NCBI GenBank assembly: GCA_951406725.2
Contig: OX597824.1
Coordinates: 63,984,001 to 64,048,000 of the forward strand
DNA length: 64,000 bases
Reading direction: 5' to 3'
Origin: Octopus vulgaris
Taxonomy: Eukaryota
Made by a program: the position numbers and the translations under genes. The notes beneath the pieces are model-generated. The model worked only from the letters and a program-made list of their open reading frames with translations, ran no database searches and had not been told where the DNA came from. This document shows positions 1-13,299 of this stretch, in pieces (position 1 is the first letter of the stretch; each line of letters begins with the position of its first letter).

Positions 1-159
1 CCCTACTTAAGACAGTAGGGCATGATTTGAACGATGTTTGGTTGCTATTTCTGGTAGGTTGAACGATTACATAGAGACCCTTCATTGAATCTACTGAGAT
101 TATGAATTAGGTAAATCTAAGATATATTTTTCAAATTAAAATGCAAACAAAATATTAAA

Positions 160-209
160 TAAAAAAGAAACAAACACAGATTCGTTTGAATTTTAGCAAA
201 ATATTTATT
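160..209 (-). terminator. Candidate polyadenylation signal with downstream GU/U-rich element
   Basis: AATAAA on the minus strand at 204-209, followed about 25 nt later by tctgtgtttgtttctttttt (160-180). Confidence 0.3.
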
Positions 210-2299
210 GATCAGAAAAAAATTCAATATTTAATATAATATTCATTATCTTTTGTATGTGGTCTATGGCATGTAAGCCAGCAGTAAAATCGTCCCATGC
301 ATGTGAGCAGCACTCAAATTTAGATATCAATTAATTAAATTTAACCAAATTAATGTTATAAATTAATTAATACCGATTAGCTGCACTTTTTTTTTTTATT
401 CGGACGAGACTTTCTGAATACACTTTAGCAAGATTATATTCTTTTATATCAAATTTAAAAGTAAATATGAATAATTTTTTTGTTCTTATTTTATGTCGTG
501 TGTGTTATACAGCTGTATGCGTGTGTGTGAGTGTATATGTGTGGGCGTGTGTTGTGAGTGTATACGTACGGGTGTATGTCTGTGTATAAATATAAATCTA
601 TATGAAAACATCAGTAATTATATAATTTATTAGGTGCACGCAATGAATCATTAGCGGTTTGGCAGTTACCGAGCTATTCACAATCAGTATGTTTACGTTC
701 GAATCTGCAAGAACGTATTAAGAATGAATAGGATACGTTGTCGTTCGGATTCTCGTTGTTCTGCGCGCATCATATCAATTACTATCTCTTTAGTAAACAT
801 CGCAAGCATCAGCAGATAATTTGTTTGCTTATTTCTAGAAACAAGGTCCACAACTCGTGTTTAGATTCATTGTCCTGATATAGCTTTGACTGAAGAGACA
901 CACAATAAGGTCGAAACACCTCATCAATGAATCGTATGTGTTATGAACACACAAAAGCTAAAAAGAGATGATCTCCGATGACGAAATACAACAGCAATCA
1001 GCATGTTCACGTTCGAATCTCCCAGAAAGAATGAATAAATATGTTAGTGATATAATTTTGTGACTATATAATATTTAAATACGTTAATGCTACAATAATT
1101 ATATAAGCTATTCGTAATTTTTATTTTATGTCTTATGTTTCTAGCCAGAAGCAAATACTTAGAGCCGTCTTCTTAACTCCAGAAATAAAAGGGATTGTTT
1201 GTTTGTTTGTTTTTTTATACTTAATCTCATGTTAATTCAGGAGAATTCTTGATTTCATAATTTAATCTTCCTTGATGGGTGTTCAATTGCTTTTCTCTTC
1301 AATCTCCACACGAAAATAGATGCAAAGAAGCAAAGATTTATCTTGTCTAATAGCTAGGCCACCATATGTTTGTGTGTGTGTGTATGTATGTGTGTGTGTG
1401 TGTGTGTGTGTGTTTGCGTGCGTGTGTGTGTGTATGTGTGCGTGTGTATATGTGTATGGGAAGTAAGACAGAAAATAAAAAAAGGAGGTGGTATGAGAAG
1501 AGAGGGCTATAACAGTATACCTGGGTAGATGGGGATGTATTTAACTGTTTCGAAGAGACAGATTACATTGTAATAGCAGCATGACACAGACAGACAGCAC
1601 ATCTATGAGGTAGTGGTGTAGCACTAGAAAAGGGGGTAGACAGAAGATAATATCTCTGTGAGATAATAGTGTAGCAGTGGTAGAAGAATTAGAGACGGGA
1701 AACAGTTTATCTTTGGATTCGTGATGTAATAGCGGAAGAAGAAACAGAGAGAGGAAGTTTACAGGTCAGTGGTGTTATAGCTATTGAAGAAACAGCACAT
1801 TTGTGGACCGGTGGTTGAAGTCTATAGACACAATTGGTCGAAAAACCATTGTGTATGAAACATCATCCCTTACATATGACTGGTACTGCAATGTAGACCG
1901 TAATTTGTCATGTAAATAGTTAGCAAATTGATCGAATCTGAAATATTTTCTGGTTCTGACTTAACTGTCCAGTATTTATAATGTCGCTTTGTCAACAAGT
2001 GATCAGAGATTGATTTCTAGCAAGTATAAGGACTTTGAAGGTTGGTTCATATCTAGAGATATCGCTTTGAGGTGTAATTAACCATCTTCATCACTTCGTA
2101 ATGACTAGATTTTTGACAGGACGAGGCATGTCACTTTGTGAAGCCTCAAATATATTGTTCATCACTAGAGGCAGACTTTGTTCATGACTAGATTCTGTTC
2201 ATGACTGACTAGACTGACTAGAGACATCAAGATGTCACAGGTTTCCAATATCAGGGTTAACCTGAGGTCAAACATTTGGAAGGAATACTAAAATAGGTG

Positions 2300-3090
2300 A
2301 TATAGATCCCAGTGATATCCATTTTGCTATGATAAATTTAAAAGAACAAGATAGGGAAAATTTAGCAATGTAAGAAAACGTCATGGCTAACTACGAAAAG
2401 AATCAGTATAATGTTGATCTGAAAAAAAAAAGAACCAACAAATAGAGACAAGCCAATCTATGAGAAAGGGTAATGAAGAGCCTCAAATTAGCCATGGATT
2501 TAAGATATTTCAGAACAATATCAGAAGATGTGAGGTCAAAGACATAAAATGGCGGAATAGACCCAGTTGCAGGGGCTTTAGTAAAATTATACCAGTCAGG
2601 TAAAATAAAAAGATTACAATAACAAGGAGAACTAATTTTTTATGAGCAATAATAATTTCAATTGCACTTTATGGGAGCAAAGCATGGATGTTGAATGTTG
2701 AGAGTGAGAAAGAGATCAAAGATTATGACCTTTGAAGTTTAATAGTATGATGGGTCGTATTCCATAGGGAGAAGGGGAAGATCGAACTAAAGAGTGTTAG
2801 GAAAGAAAAAGTGAAGAAATTGCGGCAAACTAAAACAAACTCTTCAGTTAATTGTTAAAAGCGGAAATGGTTTGGTTAATTGTTAAAGACGGAAGTAATT
2901 TGGTTATGTAACGTGATACGGGAAGAATGCGGTCGTATACTGAAAAACCACCGTCTTGCCTATCTCTAGTAAAAGGGAAACGGGGTATTACACAGTGGAT
3001 GGTTGATCAGTATCAAGAAAGAAGAGAAAGAGAGACGGTGGAAAATTTGAGGTTGGCTGATGACCAGGAAAGAAAGACGAGTGAGTCACG
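2300..3090 (+). mobile_element. Old degenerate RTE-like LINE fragment
   Basis: Purine-rich, with a broken LYGSKAWML motif (ctttatgggagcaaagcatgg) and FGYV-like remnants. Confidence 0.5.
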
Positions 3091-3573
3091 TATTTTGCTC
3101 TGCTCTGCACGTGCTATGCGCGTGCGCACATACACACTAACACACATATTTGTGTGTGTGGTTGTTCGATATTTCTTATTGTTTGTCTGTGCGTGTGTCT
3201 ATGTCCGTAGCATTAATGTTTACCAGTATGTCGAATTTTACCCTTTAAAAAACCCTGTATCCTAGTTATTTGATAGATATCTATAAGACCAGCACCAGAT
3301 TTAAAATAAGTACTATGATCAATAAAATCGATTAAGATACCCGCTTAAAGGCCATAATTACCTAGTATGACGGCAATCCAATGACAAAAACTAGTTAAAG
3401 ATTAAAATATATATACTACAAACAAAAAAGGATATGTTTAACTCCTAACAATGTTCAGACGTTTCAGGACTGTTTCTCAACATTGTATATTTCTTCGCCA
3501 TCATAATGATATTTACCATAATAATACTTATCATTATTACAAACAACTTCATAGTTATAATTAAAAAGCAGTT

Positions 3574-3621
3574 TCATCGCTTAGGTTCACAAAAGAATGA
3601 TGAAATTAACAGGTTTTCATT
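3574..3621 (-). CDS. Candidate last coding exon (NENLLISSFFCEPKR*) of the SAM-domain gene
   Basis: Strong acceptor ttctgttctttctttttag|AAT. Phase 0 matches the GC donor at 11161, and TGA follows after 15 codons. No homology evidence. Confidence 0.4.
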   Translation of the reverse strand, partial: NENLLISSFFCEPKR

Positions 3622-3862
3622 CTAAAAAGAAAGAACAGAAATACAATAAAGAACTTTAATGGAACGAATGGGTATATACAGATTAAACATCAAACTCTCT
3701 CTCCCACTCTCTCTCTCTCTCTCTCTCTCTCCCACTCTCTCTCTATCTATCTATCTATCTCGTTCTCTTTCTCTTTCCCGTTATTTCTCTCTTTCTCTCC
3801 ATTTTTTCCTTTTCTCTCTCTCTCTTTCATTTTCCATTTCTATCTTTTGCTCACTTATTCTC

Positions 3863-3916
<54 letters not shown>

Positions 3917-4301
3917 ATTTCGTTATTGCTTTCTGGTCTGGGTTAATTCTGTTTGGAATCATTCCTTATCGTTTGTGATTTTATTTTAAGTTTCACCGAA
4001 CGGTCAGATTTTACTATTTCTTATGTTCAGCGTGTACACAAATGTCTCTCTCAAAGTCGTACACACACACACACACATACACACACACACATACACACAC
4101 ACACACACACATGCATAAATGTTCGAGTAGTGTGTGTCTGCTGCACACACTTTTGCGATATTAGGCAATAAAAATTAATGACATAAGAAATCAAACCAAG
4201 AATCACGGATATAAAGAACGATTCCACACTCTGTTATTCACTCGGACAACAGAACGATAAAACAAAAAAAACCTCACTCACGCCCTCTCTGTCTCTCTCT
4301 G

Positions 4302-4340
<39 letters not shown>

Positions 4341-4592
4341 AGTTATGCATACATGTATTTATGTATGTATGTATGTAACACACACACATATATATATATA
4401 TATAACTACGTGTATATAAATATAAACAAACATTTTTTTTTATAAGTGTTGAAATGTGTATTGTAAGATACAAATAAGATAATAATCTATGTTTGAACGC
4501 AGAGATGCCGTTAGAAAGCGGTAAAGTTTGTCAAGAACTTGCCATGGCTGATTGATGACAAATTTTCCTGTTTTTTCAAGATGATTTACACA

Positions 4593-4649
<57 letters not shown>

Positions 4650-4683
4650 TACACACACACACACATACATACACACACACAAC

Positions 4684-4721
<38 letters not shown>

Positions 4722-4723
4722 AC

Positions 4724-5040
4724 AGGACCAGTTACTGCAACAGCCCGGGTTTCAGGGGCCCACAGCTTTTTAATATTCTCCCAAATAGCCTGTGGAACCT
4801 GCACAAAGTAGATATAGGCGTTTTTAAATCAAAGCTGGACCTCTTCCTGTCGAAAGTCCCAGATGAACCTACCTCACAGCAAGAGGAGCAAATGAGGGTA
4901 GCTACATCAAACTCCATTCTTCACCAAGTGCCACATATTGGAGGAGGCTCTCAGTAATAACAGTAATAACAGTGTAGTAGCAAAACGGCGGTGCATCAGC
5001 ATGGCCGCAGCTCTGAGCTGAAACTATAGAAGAAGAAAGA
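4724..5040 (+). mobile_element. CR1-type LINE 3' end
   Basis: Frame 4724-4957 reads RTSYCNSPGFRGPQLFNILPNSL..FKSKLDLFLSKVPDEP...SNSILHQ*. It is followed by a short 3' UTR ggcggtgcatcagcatggccgcagctctgagctgaaac and an (AGA)n tail. Confidence 0.75.
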
Positions 5041-5812
5041 AACATTGCTTGTGACGATTCACTTCTTCGATAAACTAAATCTCCATCTCACAGGTTTGGG
5101 TAATGTGTACGTATGTAATTTACTGTAGATTTGCTACTATATATGTGAGTGTACGCTCGTGTGTGTGTATGTGTGTGCGTGTGTGTATGTGTAGTGGATT
5201 GTAGTTTAATTTCTTGTGAATAAATTCTGACTATTCGTTACTTGACATAGTTAGCTATTTATTACGACTAATGTGTTTATGGTTAGAATCTGTCCTCACA
5301 TATCATCTTACGTAATATCTTCAAAACAGTCATCATCCGAATGCAGAAAATCCAAGTGAAATATATTGCTCATTAAGCTTGATTATGCAAACAAGGATTT
5401 ACAATGGAAATCAAATATTCTGGGCATCTGTGACCAGTTATAATTATTTGCAGCACTTGTTAATTATATTGGATAGAACTTTACATAAATTCTCTCTATT
5501 ACAAATATTCAAATACAAAGATCGCTAATTTTCTGACAGTTTATCCATTCTTTATTTTAGTCACCCAAAAATAAATGATTGACCTCAAACTTTTCATGAA
5601 GAATGAGTTGTGCTTCTTAACACACTTTAACCGAGTTTTGTGTGGCCAGGGGTTTTTAAATGGGATAGTAAATCATAAAATCAACAATAATATAATTGAA
5701 TAATTGATGTAGATTTCACTGATTTGCCTCATGAATTACAGGAATATGTTCTGTGGCACGAAACTTAAAAACACAAAATGTATTAAGAACTGAAACTGCA
5801 ATGTAAGATCGA

Positions 5813-5940
5813 ATCTACCCTGATGACGAAGGCTCATCTTATCTAATGGTGATTGTTTCCATTGCAGCCGCATATTGTGATTAACTACATCTGCCAACAT
5901 TATGATGGAACTCCGAGCCCTCAGAAACAGCTGTTAGACT
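5813..5940 (+). ncRNA. Degenerate hammerhead motif with a 79-nt stem II loop
   Basis: CTGATGA cgaaggctc [79 nt] gagccctca GAAAC agct GTT agac; the cleavage triplet and stem I are imperfect. Confidence 0.35.
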
Positions 5941-6123
5941 TATAACGCCTTTCTTCCACCCGTTTCATTTTCTCTGTCGTGTGTACTATGTGTAAGTTAG
6001 ATCTATTAATATAAATATCTATTTATTTATACTTAAATATTCGACATCTGAAAGTCTCCACTTTTTGCTTTCTCTCGTTTTGCATCTCTACATATATACA
6101 TATTTTGTATTTCATGCCCATAC

Positions 6124-6187
<64 letters not shown>

Positions 6188-6218
6188 CTGAGTATCTGTG
6201 AGTGTGTGTGTGTATGTA

Positions 6219-6268
<50 letters not shown>

Positions 6269-6803
6269 CTTGCAGAACTTCTGAAGTTCGCAACTGATGT
6301 TCTCCAAACTGAGAACATACATTACTTATGTTCTAGAGATGGTTTTAGATTCTTCAAATTTTTCACATAATGAGTAATGGGGCCCCTGAGGGCTGAAAAC
6401 CCCACTTTCCTAGGGTACATACGATGCCCGCATGGTCCACGCATTGCTTCTGTTCAAACTGGAAAAAAACAGTTACTGAAACGATATAAGTAAGTTGTAT
6501 TAAATGGATGAACCGATGTAAACTTCAAACTGCGTTGTCTAAGTGGTAGCAATAATAGTTTGTTGCTGTGGTACCATGTGTATCAATTTGTTGGAATAAA
6601 AACTGTTTGGTACGCACTATGTTTATTATGAAAAATATGTTAAAATATGTTAAATCCTAAGCAACTATTCAATTATTTTCTTTTAGCTTCAGTATGAAAG
6701 TCTTCCTTCTAAGCATAGACGAAGCCCATACAAATATTCTTCAGCTATTGATTACAAATCGAAATATCGCATGTACATTAACCTACTAATTTATGCTGCC
6801 TAA

Positions 6804-7595
6804 GACCCAACCACGTTAGTTAGAAACTGTCTTTAATTTGACCTTGCGTGCCCGGACGCTGCGGCAGAATTGTTTTCGTTTGGGAGCTGAGTTGTCCTCA
6901 CAATGGTCGCACGCTGCTTACCCGAAGGAGTGCACGGTTGACCCACGACTATTGATTCCCAAACACGTCAGAACCCAAAGTCACGTGACCCAACCACGTT
7001 TGTTAGAGACCGTGTCCTTAATGTAACATTATGTACCCCGATGCTGCATGCAGAATTGTTTTCGTGTGGGAACTGAGTTGTCCTCACATTGGTCGCACGC
7101 TATTTACGCGGAATGCACGGTTGAGTCACGACTATTGATTCCAAGCCGAAATATCGCTTGACAGTATTGTTTTCAAGCGCTTCCTTGCCAATCCCCACCT
7201 TATCATGTAATTTCTTTCATGTATATTTCTCTTCTGTAGTGCTGTTGAGCGCGCCCACGGGCTTAATTTATCACATAGATGTAGTTCCCATGTCTGCTGA
7301 TTATTCATCATGGTAGTGGCAGCGGCAGCGCCGGCAGCCGCAAAGTATATCCACCGAGAGCTTTTTGTTGTGTTCGAAAATTACATACTCCCATCCACTT
7401 TTCCATGACAAGGTTAGGGTCTGCAATCTTTCAAACAGCCGCATGACACGTCACTTTGTCGCATTAGCCCTTCATTTACTCCACAAATGTTTTGTCGTCA
7501 ATGGTGCACTTCCCCGTATCACGTTTCAACTGAACTGTACCATATATAGAAACTATGCCATTTAAATCCCGACCAACACCGAGTATCTCTGCTAG
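6804..7595 (+). mobile_element. Probable non-autonomous Helitron-like element with an internal ~183-bp tandem duplication
   Basis: Two diverged units (6804-6986 and 6987-7143). Ends cccgaccaacaccgagtatctctgCTAG|t, resembling a Helitron hairpin plus CTAG terminus. The 5' end is undefined. Confidence 0.4.
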
Positions 7596-7632
7596 TATTT
7601 AATATATCTAATCCGTTTATCTGCGTAATTGC

Positions 7633-7674
<42 letters not shown>

Positions 7675-7675
7675 T

Positions 7676-7895
7676 TTGTACTTGTTTCAGTCATTTGTCT
7701 GCGGCCATGCTGGAGCACCGCCTTTTTAGAGTGGTGAAAGAGTACAGCAGGGATCACCACCATCCCCTGCCGGAGCCTCGTGGAGCTTTTAGGTGTTTTC
7801 GCTCAATAAACACACACAACGCCCGGTCTGGGAATCGAAACCGCGATCCTCCGACCGCAAGTCCGCTGCCCTAACCACTCGGCCATTGCGCCTCC
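7676..7895 (-). mobile_element. Family B tRNA-headed SINE with CR1-type tail
   Basis: Minus-strand head ggaggcgcaatggccgagtggttagggcagcggac...ggtttcgattcc, with A and B boxes. Confidence 0.8.
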
Positions 7896-8249
7896 ATATA
7901 TATATATATATAAATATTATGGGTTCAAAAAAAGTTTTTTACATAATTGTCACATTGAATATTATGCATTCAAAAAAGTTTTTTACATAATTGTCACATT
8001 GGATATTATGTATTAAAAAAACATTTTTGAATTCATAATATCCAATGTGACAATTATGTAAAAAACTTTTTTGAATGCATAATATTCAATGTGAAATTAT
8101 AAACTTTTTATAATATCAATGACAATTATGTAAAAACTTTTTATATAATATTATATATAAAAACTTTTTGAACCCATATTATTCAATGTTTCCTTAAATG
8201 TAATATCTTTATATATATAAATGCATTTTATATATCGTGCGATATATAT

Positions 8250-8302
<53 letters not shown>

Positions 8303-8793
8303 ATGATAGGTCGTTAGCCACTACACACATTTTCTCTCTCCTTGGTTTTTCTGTGTCACTTTCTGTAGAAGAGCGTCGGCTCGAAACATAAAAGACTTCT
8401 TCTATTCCTGAGCGTTATACTAATACACCTATTTGTTTTGTACACCACCTGTCTTCGTCTTTTGTTTTTTTCGTAAACTCTCCCTATATATATTAATGAT
8501 ATTAGGGAGTATAACTCCAAACTTACAGGGAAAATTTCAATTCAATATTAAATCAAATTTCACAATATAGCGATAGACGTAAACCAAAACATAAATAACA
8601 AATATTATATATTTTTATAAAACATATAACTAGATCTCAAAAAGTATAAAATTGAATGATCAATATATAATAAATTGATCATTCATTTTTATACTTTTTG
8701 AGATCTAGTTATAAAAATATATGTTTGTTATCTATGTCTATCACTGTTTGAGTTGCATGATAGTGGTTTTATCTCTAATTTATATTTATATAT

Positions 8794-8857
<64 letters not shown>

Positions 8858-9432
8858 TGAGAGGGCATGACTTAGTGGTTGGGGTGTTGCACTCACATTC
8901 GCTAGATCATGATTTCAATTCCAAGACCGGATAGTGCGTTATGCTCTTGAGCAAAATACTTCATCTTACGTTGCTCCTCAATCACTTCGATACCTAACAC
9001 GTGAGCCCATACATAGAGGAGGGGCAAATTGTCGAGGTCAGTTGAGCATTGAAAGGAATGCCTTGCTGTATTTCTTCCGAACTTCGCTCTGTACTCAAAT
9101 CCCGCGTGGTCAACTTAATGTTTTTTGTGGGTTCAGAGCGGTGAACTAATAGAACTGTTCGAACATCGGTAGGATGCCATGCGGTATTCTTTTTCACTCT
9201 GTGCGTTCCCAGTTCAAATTCCACCCCGTCAACGAAAAAGGATAATATTTCTGTCAAGAGTTGCAACTGACACATAGTGTCAGCAATTTGAAAATCCAAT
9301 GGAAGCATAATGTACATGGTTCGATTGAAACGTCGATTGTTACATTATATCCAACATTTAAACTCTACGAGATTCGTTCAGTGTTCTTTTGCTTGTACAA
9401 CTATTTGTGTGTGAAAGCGTGTCTAAATTCGC

Positions 9433-9485
<53 letters not shown>

Positions 9486-9711
9486 ACCCCTATCTACTTT
9501 TCCGGTGGTCCCCTGCGGAATCGTAGAACAGCTTCTAATTCATTAGCATACCCCAGTTTCTTCTGTAAAAACATAACCAAAGACATAACAGAGTTAAAAG
9601 CAGAAAGTGGTGAACCAATCAGGGAGACACTACTACAAATAACGAACCAAATCTCTTAATTTCACATTATCGTACTAAAGAAGGGAAGATACAGTCGATA
9701 ATGTACTGAAA

Positions 9712-9972
9712 GAAGCCCATTGTGTATGTGTGTGTGCTTGTGTGTCTGTGTTTGTCCCCACCCCCATCACCACTTGACAATTGTTGTTGGTGTGTTTACG
9801 TCCCCGTAACTTAGCGGTAGGTTCGGCAAAAGAGACCGATAGAATAAGTACCAAGCTTAATAGAAAAAATACTGGGGTTGATTCATTCGACTAAAACTTT
9901 AAGGCGGTGCCCCAGCATGACCGCAGTCTAATAACTGAAACAGGTAAAGGACAAAAGATAAAAGATAAGATA
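9712..9972 (+). mobile_element. Family A SINE 3' half; other partial copies at 30655-30870, 35521-35675, 39985-40250 and 47625-47850 (all minus)
   Basis: Shared blocks gtgtttacgtccccgtaacttagcgg, agaataagtac and ggcggtgccccagcatgaccgcagtc. Confidence 0.75.
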
Positions 9973-9994
9973 AGGTATATATACATACATATAT

Positions 9995-10059
<65 letters not shown>

Positions 10060-10429
10060 AGAATATAGTAGTTCGCTTGAAGCATTGTGTATTGTTTGTA
10101 AAATACAACGTATCTTGAATGGCACAACAATGCAGAGTGGACTATAATAACCGCTATAATTTAATTTCCCATAGTCTGATATATTAATAATATTTTGGAA
10201 TATCGCTAGGAATTGATCGATCACTGCTATAATCGGTTTTCCAACGGTTACTGAAATTTTTTCCGGAAGCGTCTCTGCAGTGGTCTCACGAAACTCCTTC
10301 CGGAATTCCTCATTAGAGATACGTGAGGGCGGCCATGTCTCAAGCTAGTGTGTGTTGGGACATCCGCAGCGCTGTTTCTAAGTTATGCATTATACGTACC
10401 TTTATATATATATATATATATATATACAT

Positions 10430-10995
10430 ATATAATACATGAGCATGTTGTCAAAAATGATGTAGTTAAATAATATATTGATTGCCAACCTCCAGCCTGT
10501 TGTTAATTTGAGGCCTTAGTCTGTCTATTGGGATAGCTTCCTTAATTCTTAGATTACCCAAATTTTTATCAATGGTCTCAATTGTGACTGTTATGCCTTT
10601 GTCGGTATTCCGACATCTGTCAAGATGTTTTCTGAAGAAGGAGGCTCTCGAGTTCAGATGTTCTTTGATGCGAATGTGTAACGGTTTTGTTGTGCTATCC
10701 ACATAGAACTTGTTGCATTTGTTACATTGTATTCTATACACAACATTTTACCCGTTGGCATAAATCTGTGTCACGGATGGGGCAGTTAGCTAGTGTGCAT
10801 TGATTGCTGTCCCTTTCTCGTTTCTTTGCTAGGTGTCTTATCGGAGAGGGGCCGGAGTGGGTTAGTTGTATGTCTAACCCTTCTCTTCTTATGGCTCTTT
10901 GGATGGCTGTAGTTATCCTCTCGCTAAAATGGGGTATTTTAAGGAAGTATGTGTTGCTGGGTTTTCTGTGTGCTCGACGTGTTATACTTAACATA
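10430..10995 (-). mobile_element. Penelope-like element, GIY-YIG endonuclease remnant
   Basis: CPIRDTDLCQ..V/YRIQCNKCNKFYVDSTTKPLHIRIKEH...IKEAIPIDRLRPQINNR, with a frameshift near 10740. Confidence 0.85.
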
Positions 10996-11161
10996 CTAAT
11001 ATAAAGTCTGAAAGACCAAATAAAATCACAGTCTGATGCGGGCTAGTAAAACGAAACTTCGAAATCACTGTCAACATTTGATACATCGATACAAGTACAC
11101 ATACTTGCACTAGTATTCCGCTAAGTCTCCACCCTTCAGTGAATTACATATTTATACTTGC

Positions 11162-11291
11162 CTTATGCTTGTGACCATCCAGGTGACACTGAAGTTTGTA
11201 ACCTTCCTCATGACCAAGCATTTGCTCAAGTTCATTCATTGTTAAAGAGAACAACTCGTGGGCATCATATTTCCAGAGAATATTGCAGGTT
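11162..11291 (-). CDS. Coding exon of the EPS8-family SAM domain, C-terminal half
   Basis: Acceptor ttttcttttgatacag|A. The phase 2 start joins the 14190 exon in frame: (K)TCNILWKYDAHELFSLTMNELEQMLGHEEGYKLQCHLDGHKHK, resembling EPS8 'QLFSLNKDEL..EG.R'. Ends at AAG|gcaagt (GC donor), or reads on ASINM* to TAA at 11144-11146. Confidence 0.78.
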
Positions 11292-11956
11292 CTGTATCAA
11301 AAGAAAATGCTAATTTAATGTTAATGATTTTCGTTAAATACTACGTGAACTATCTGCAAGTATAGTATTTCTTTTAGGACACATTATACACATGTGCGCT
11401 TGATCTATCATGCCTAAATATATATGTATCTATATTTAGTGTACAAAAGCTGAGTACACAAAAGCAATGTTACTTCTGGAAACAATATCATACAATAATG
11501 ATTACAATAAAATTAAGAGCTTATGGCTGTGAAAGTTATATATATATTTAAATATGTTTCATGATTTGTGTTTCTATGCATCATGGTTTACATTCATTAC
11601 CTAATTACATTTGATGTTGCAATTATATCGATGTTTGTAGTATGCACCTCAATTTATACAGTAAAATACATAATGTGTATGGATGTGTAAGTATATGTTC
11701 AGAATGATATCTTACGCCTGCGAATTCTTCTGAAATATATTTGGAAAGGTACGACAATAGCGAAATAAGTCTAAATCTCTAAGGAGATATCGATTCCTCA
11801 ATCACAAGATTAGGGTTATCTGTAATGTATGTATATAATCGAAAAGCGTAAGCTCGAAACATCGAAGACTTTTCCAGTTTTCCCGAGCGTCAAACTAATA
11901 CACTTCGCTTGTTGTTCCCTCACCCGTTTCTGTCTTTGGGCTTTTGTATATCTGAA

Positions 11957-12002
<46 letters not shown>

Positions 12003-12217
12003 GTCACCATGCGCTATTTTCCAAGTAATTGTTATCACTGAAATACCGACATCAAACTGCGACACCGCATGACCTTTCTCGACCAATCACAGACTAACGT
12101 CCAGTAGTAAACATTGACTTTCTTCAACCGAACTCTCAATCAGACCCAATGGTCGAAGACCTGCGACATGCTTGAAACTCAGAGTACCAAGGAATTTGAA
12201 TCAAACTGTTTTTATCC

Positions 12218-12267
<50 letters not shown>

Positions 12268-12379
12268 ATGTATATATATATATACATGTATATATGTGTA
12301 TATAGATATATATCTTAGATTAGTTTACATGAAATGTCGTATTTGAAAGGTAACAATAAAATGGTTCAGAATTGTTAGA

Positions 12380-13295
12380 GATCTGATTTATTTAATCAAA
12401 GTATGATCCATGCTCATTTATGACATTAACCCAATGTTTCTCTGTCATATATTCCATCTCTAAAAAATTCATCTTTTTCTTGTAATATAATGTCCGAATG
12501 CTTCAATTACCTTTTCTCTAAGAATGTTTTATTGCTTATGAAAAGCTTAAAATGCTTAAATAAATAATGATCAGTAGGAGAGAGATCAGGGGAATAGGGA
12601 GGCTGTTGCAAAATCTCATAATTCAGGCTCTGCAACTTTTGGCCCATAGTTTGAGGAGTGTGAAATTGTGCATTGTGGTGGAGCAAAAATGGGCCATTTC
12701 TATTCACTAGTTTTGGTTGCTTCTTTTTCAGATTCTCATGCATACAATCAATTTCCTGGCAATACGATGCTGATGTTACAATTTTTCCTTGTTGCAAAAA
12801 ATCAATAATGAATAACTCCCTTCGGAGACCGCCATACAATGACCACTAACTTTTTAGGGTGCAATGGTGTGTCTGGGTAGTGTTTAGGTGACTCTCCTGC
12901 ATCTAATCACTGTCCTGTTCTCCTGCTGTTGTCAAAGAGTATCCATTTCTCATCACAAGTAATTATTTGATACAAAAATGGTCTTTTTCTAGTCGAGAAA
13001 GCAATAAGGAGCACACTTCGAGGCGTCTGTTTTCTTGAACCTCGTTCAGTTGATGTGGAACAAACCTGTCCGTTTTCTTGACTTTTCCCACTTTTTACAG
13101 GTGTCCAAAAACAGTTGTGCGTGATGTTTGAAGTTCGGATGTAAGTTTTCGAAGCTTTGTTCTCGGATTTTGTTCAATCAAAGCATTTAATCCATCATGC
13201 CAAATAACTAATTTTGGCCTACCGCTTCGTTTATCTTCAAGGCTATCATCTCCTGAACGAGAGATTTGGAACCATCTCTGAACAGTTCTAACCTA
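12380..13295 (-). mobile_element. Mariner transposase remnant
   Basis: ORF 12507-12839: LLHHNAQFH...LQQPPYSPDLSPTDHYLF, matching mariner HDNA and YSPDL motifs. Confidence 0.88.
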
Positions 13296-13299
13296 GCTT

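Noticed and set aside
6804-8180. CRISPR-like repeat arrays
   Set aside because: Tandem units without unique spacers, eukaryotic context, and no cas genes.
10230-10330. Hammerhead downstream of the Penelope ORF (ctaatga plus ttccggaag/cttccggaa stem, minus strand)
   Set aside because: The hairpin is real, but the CUGA and GAAA cores are not intact.
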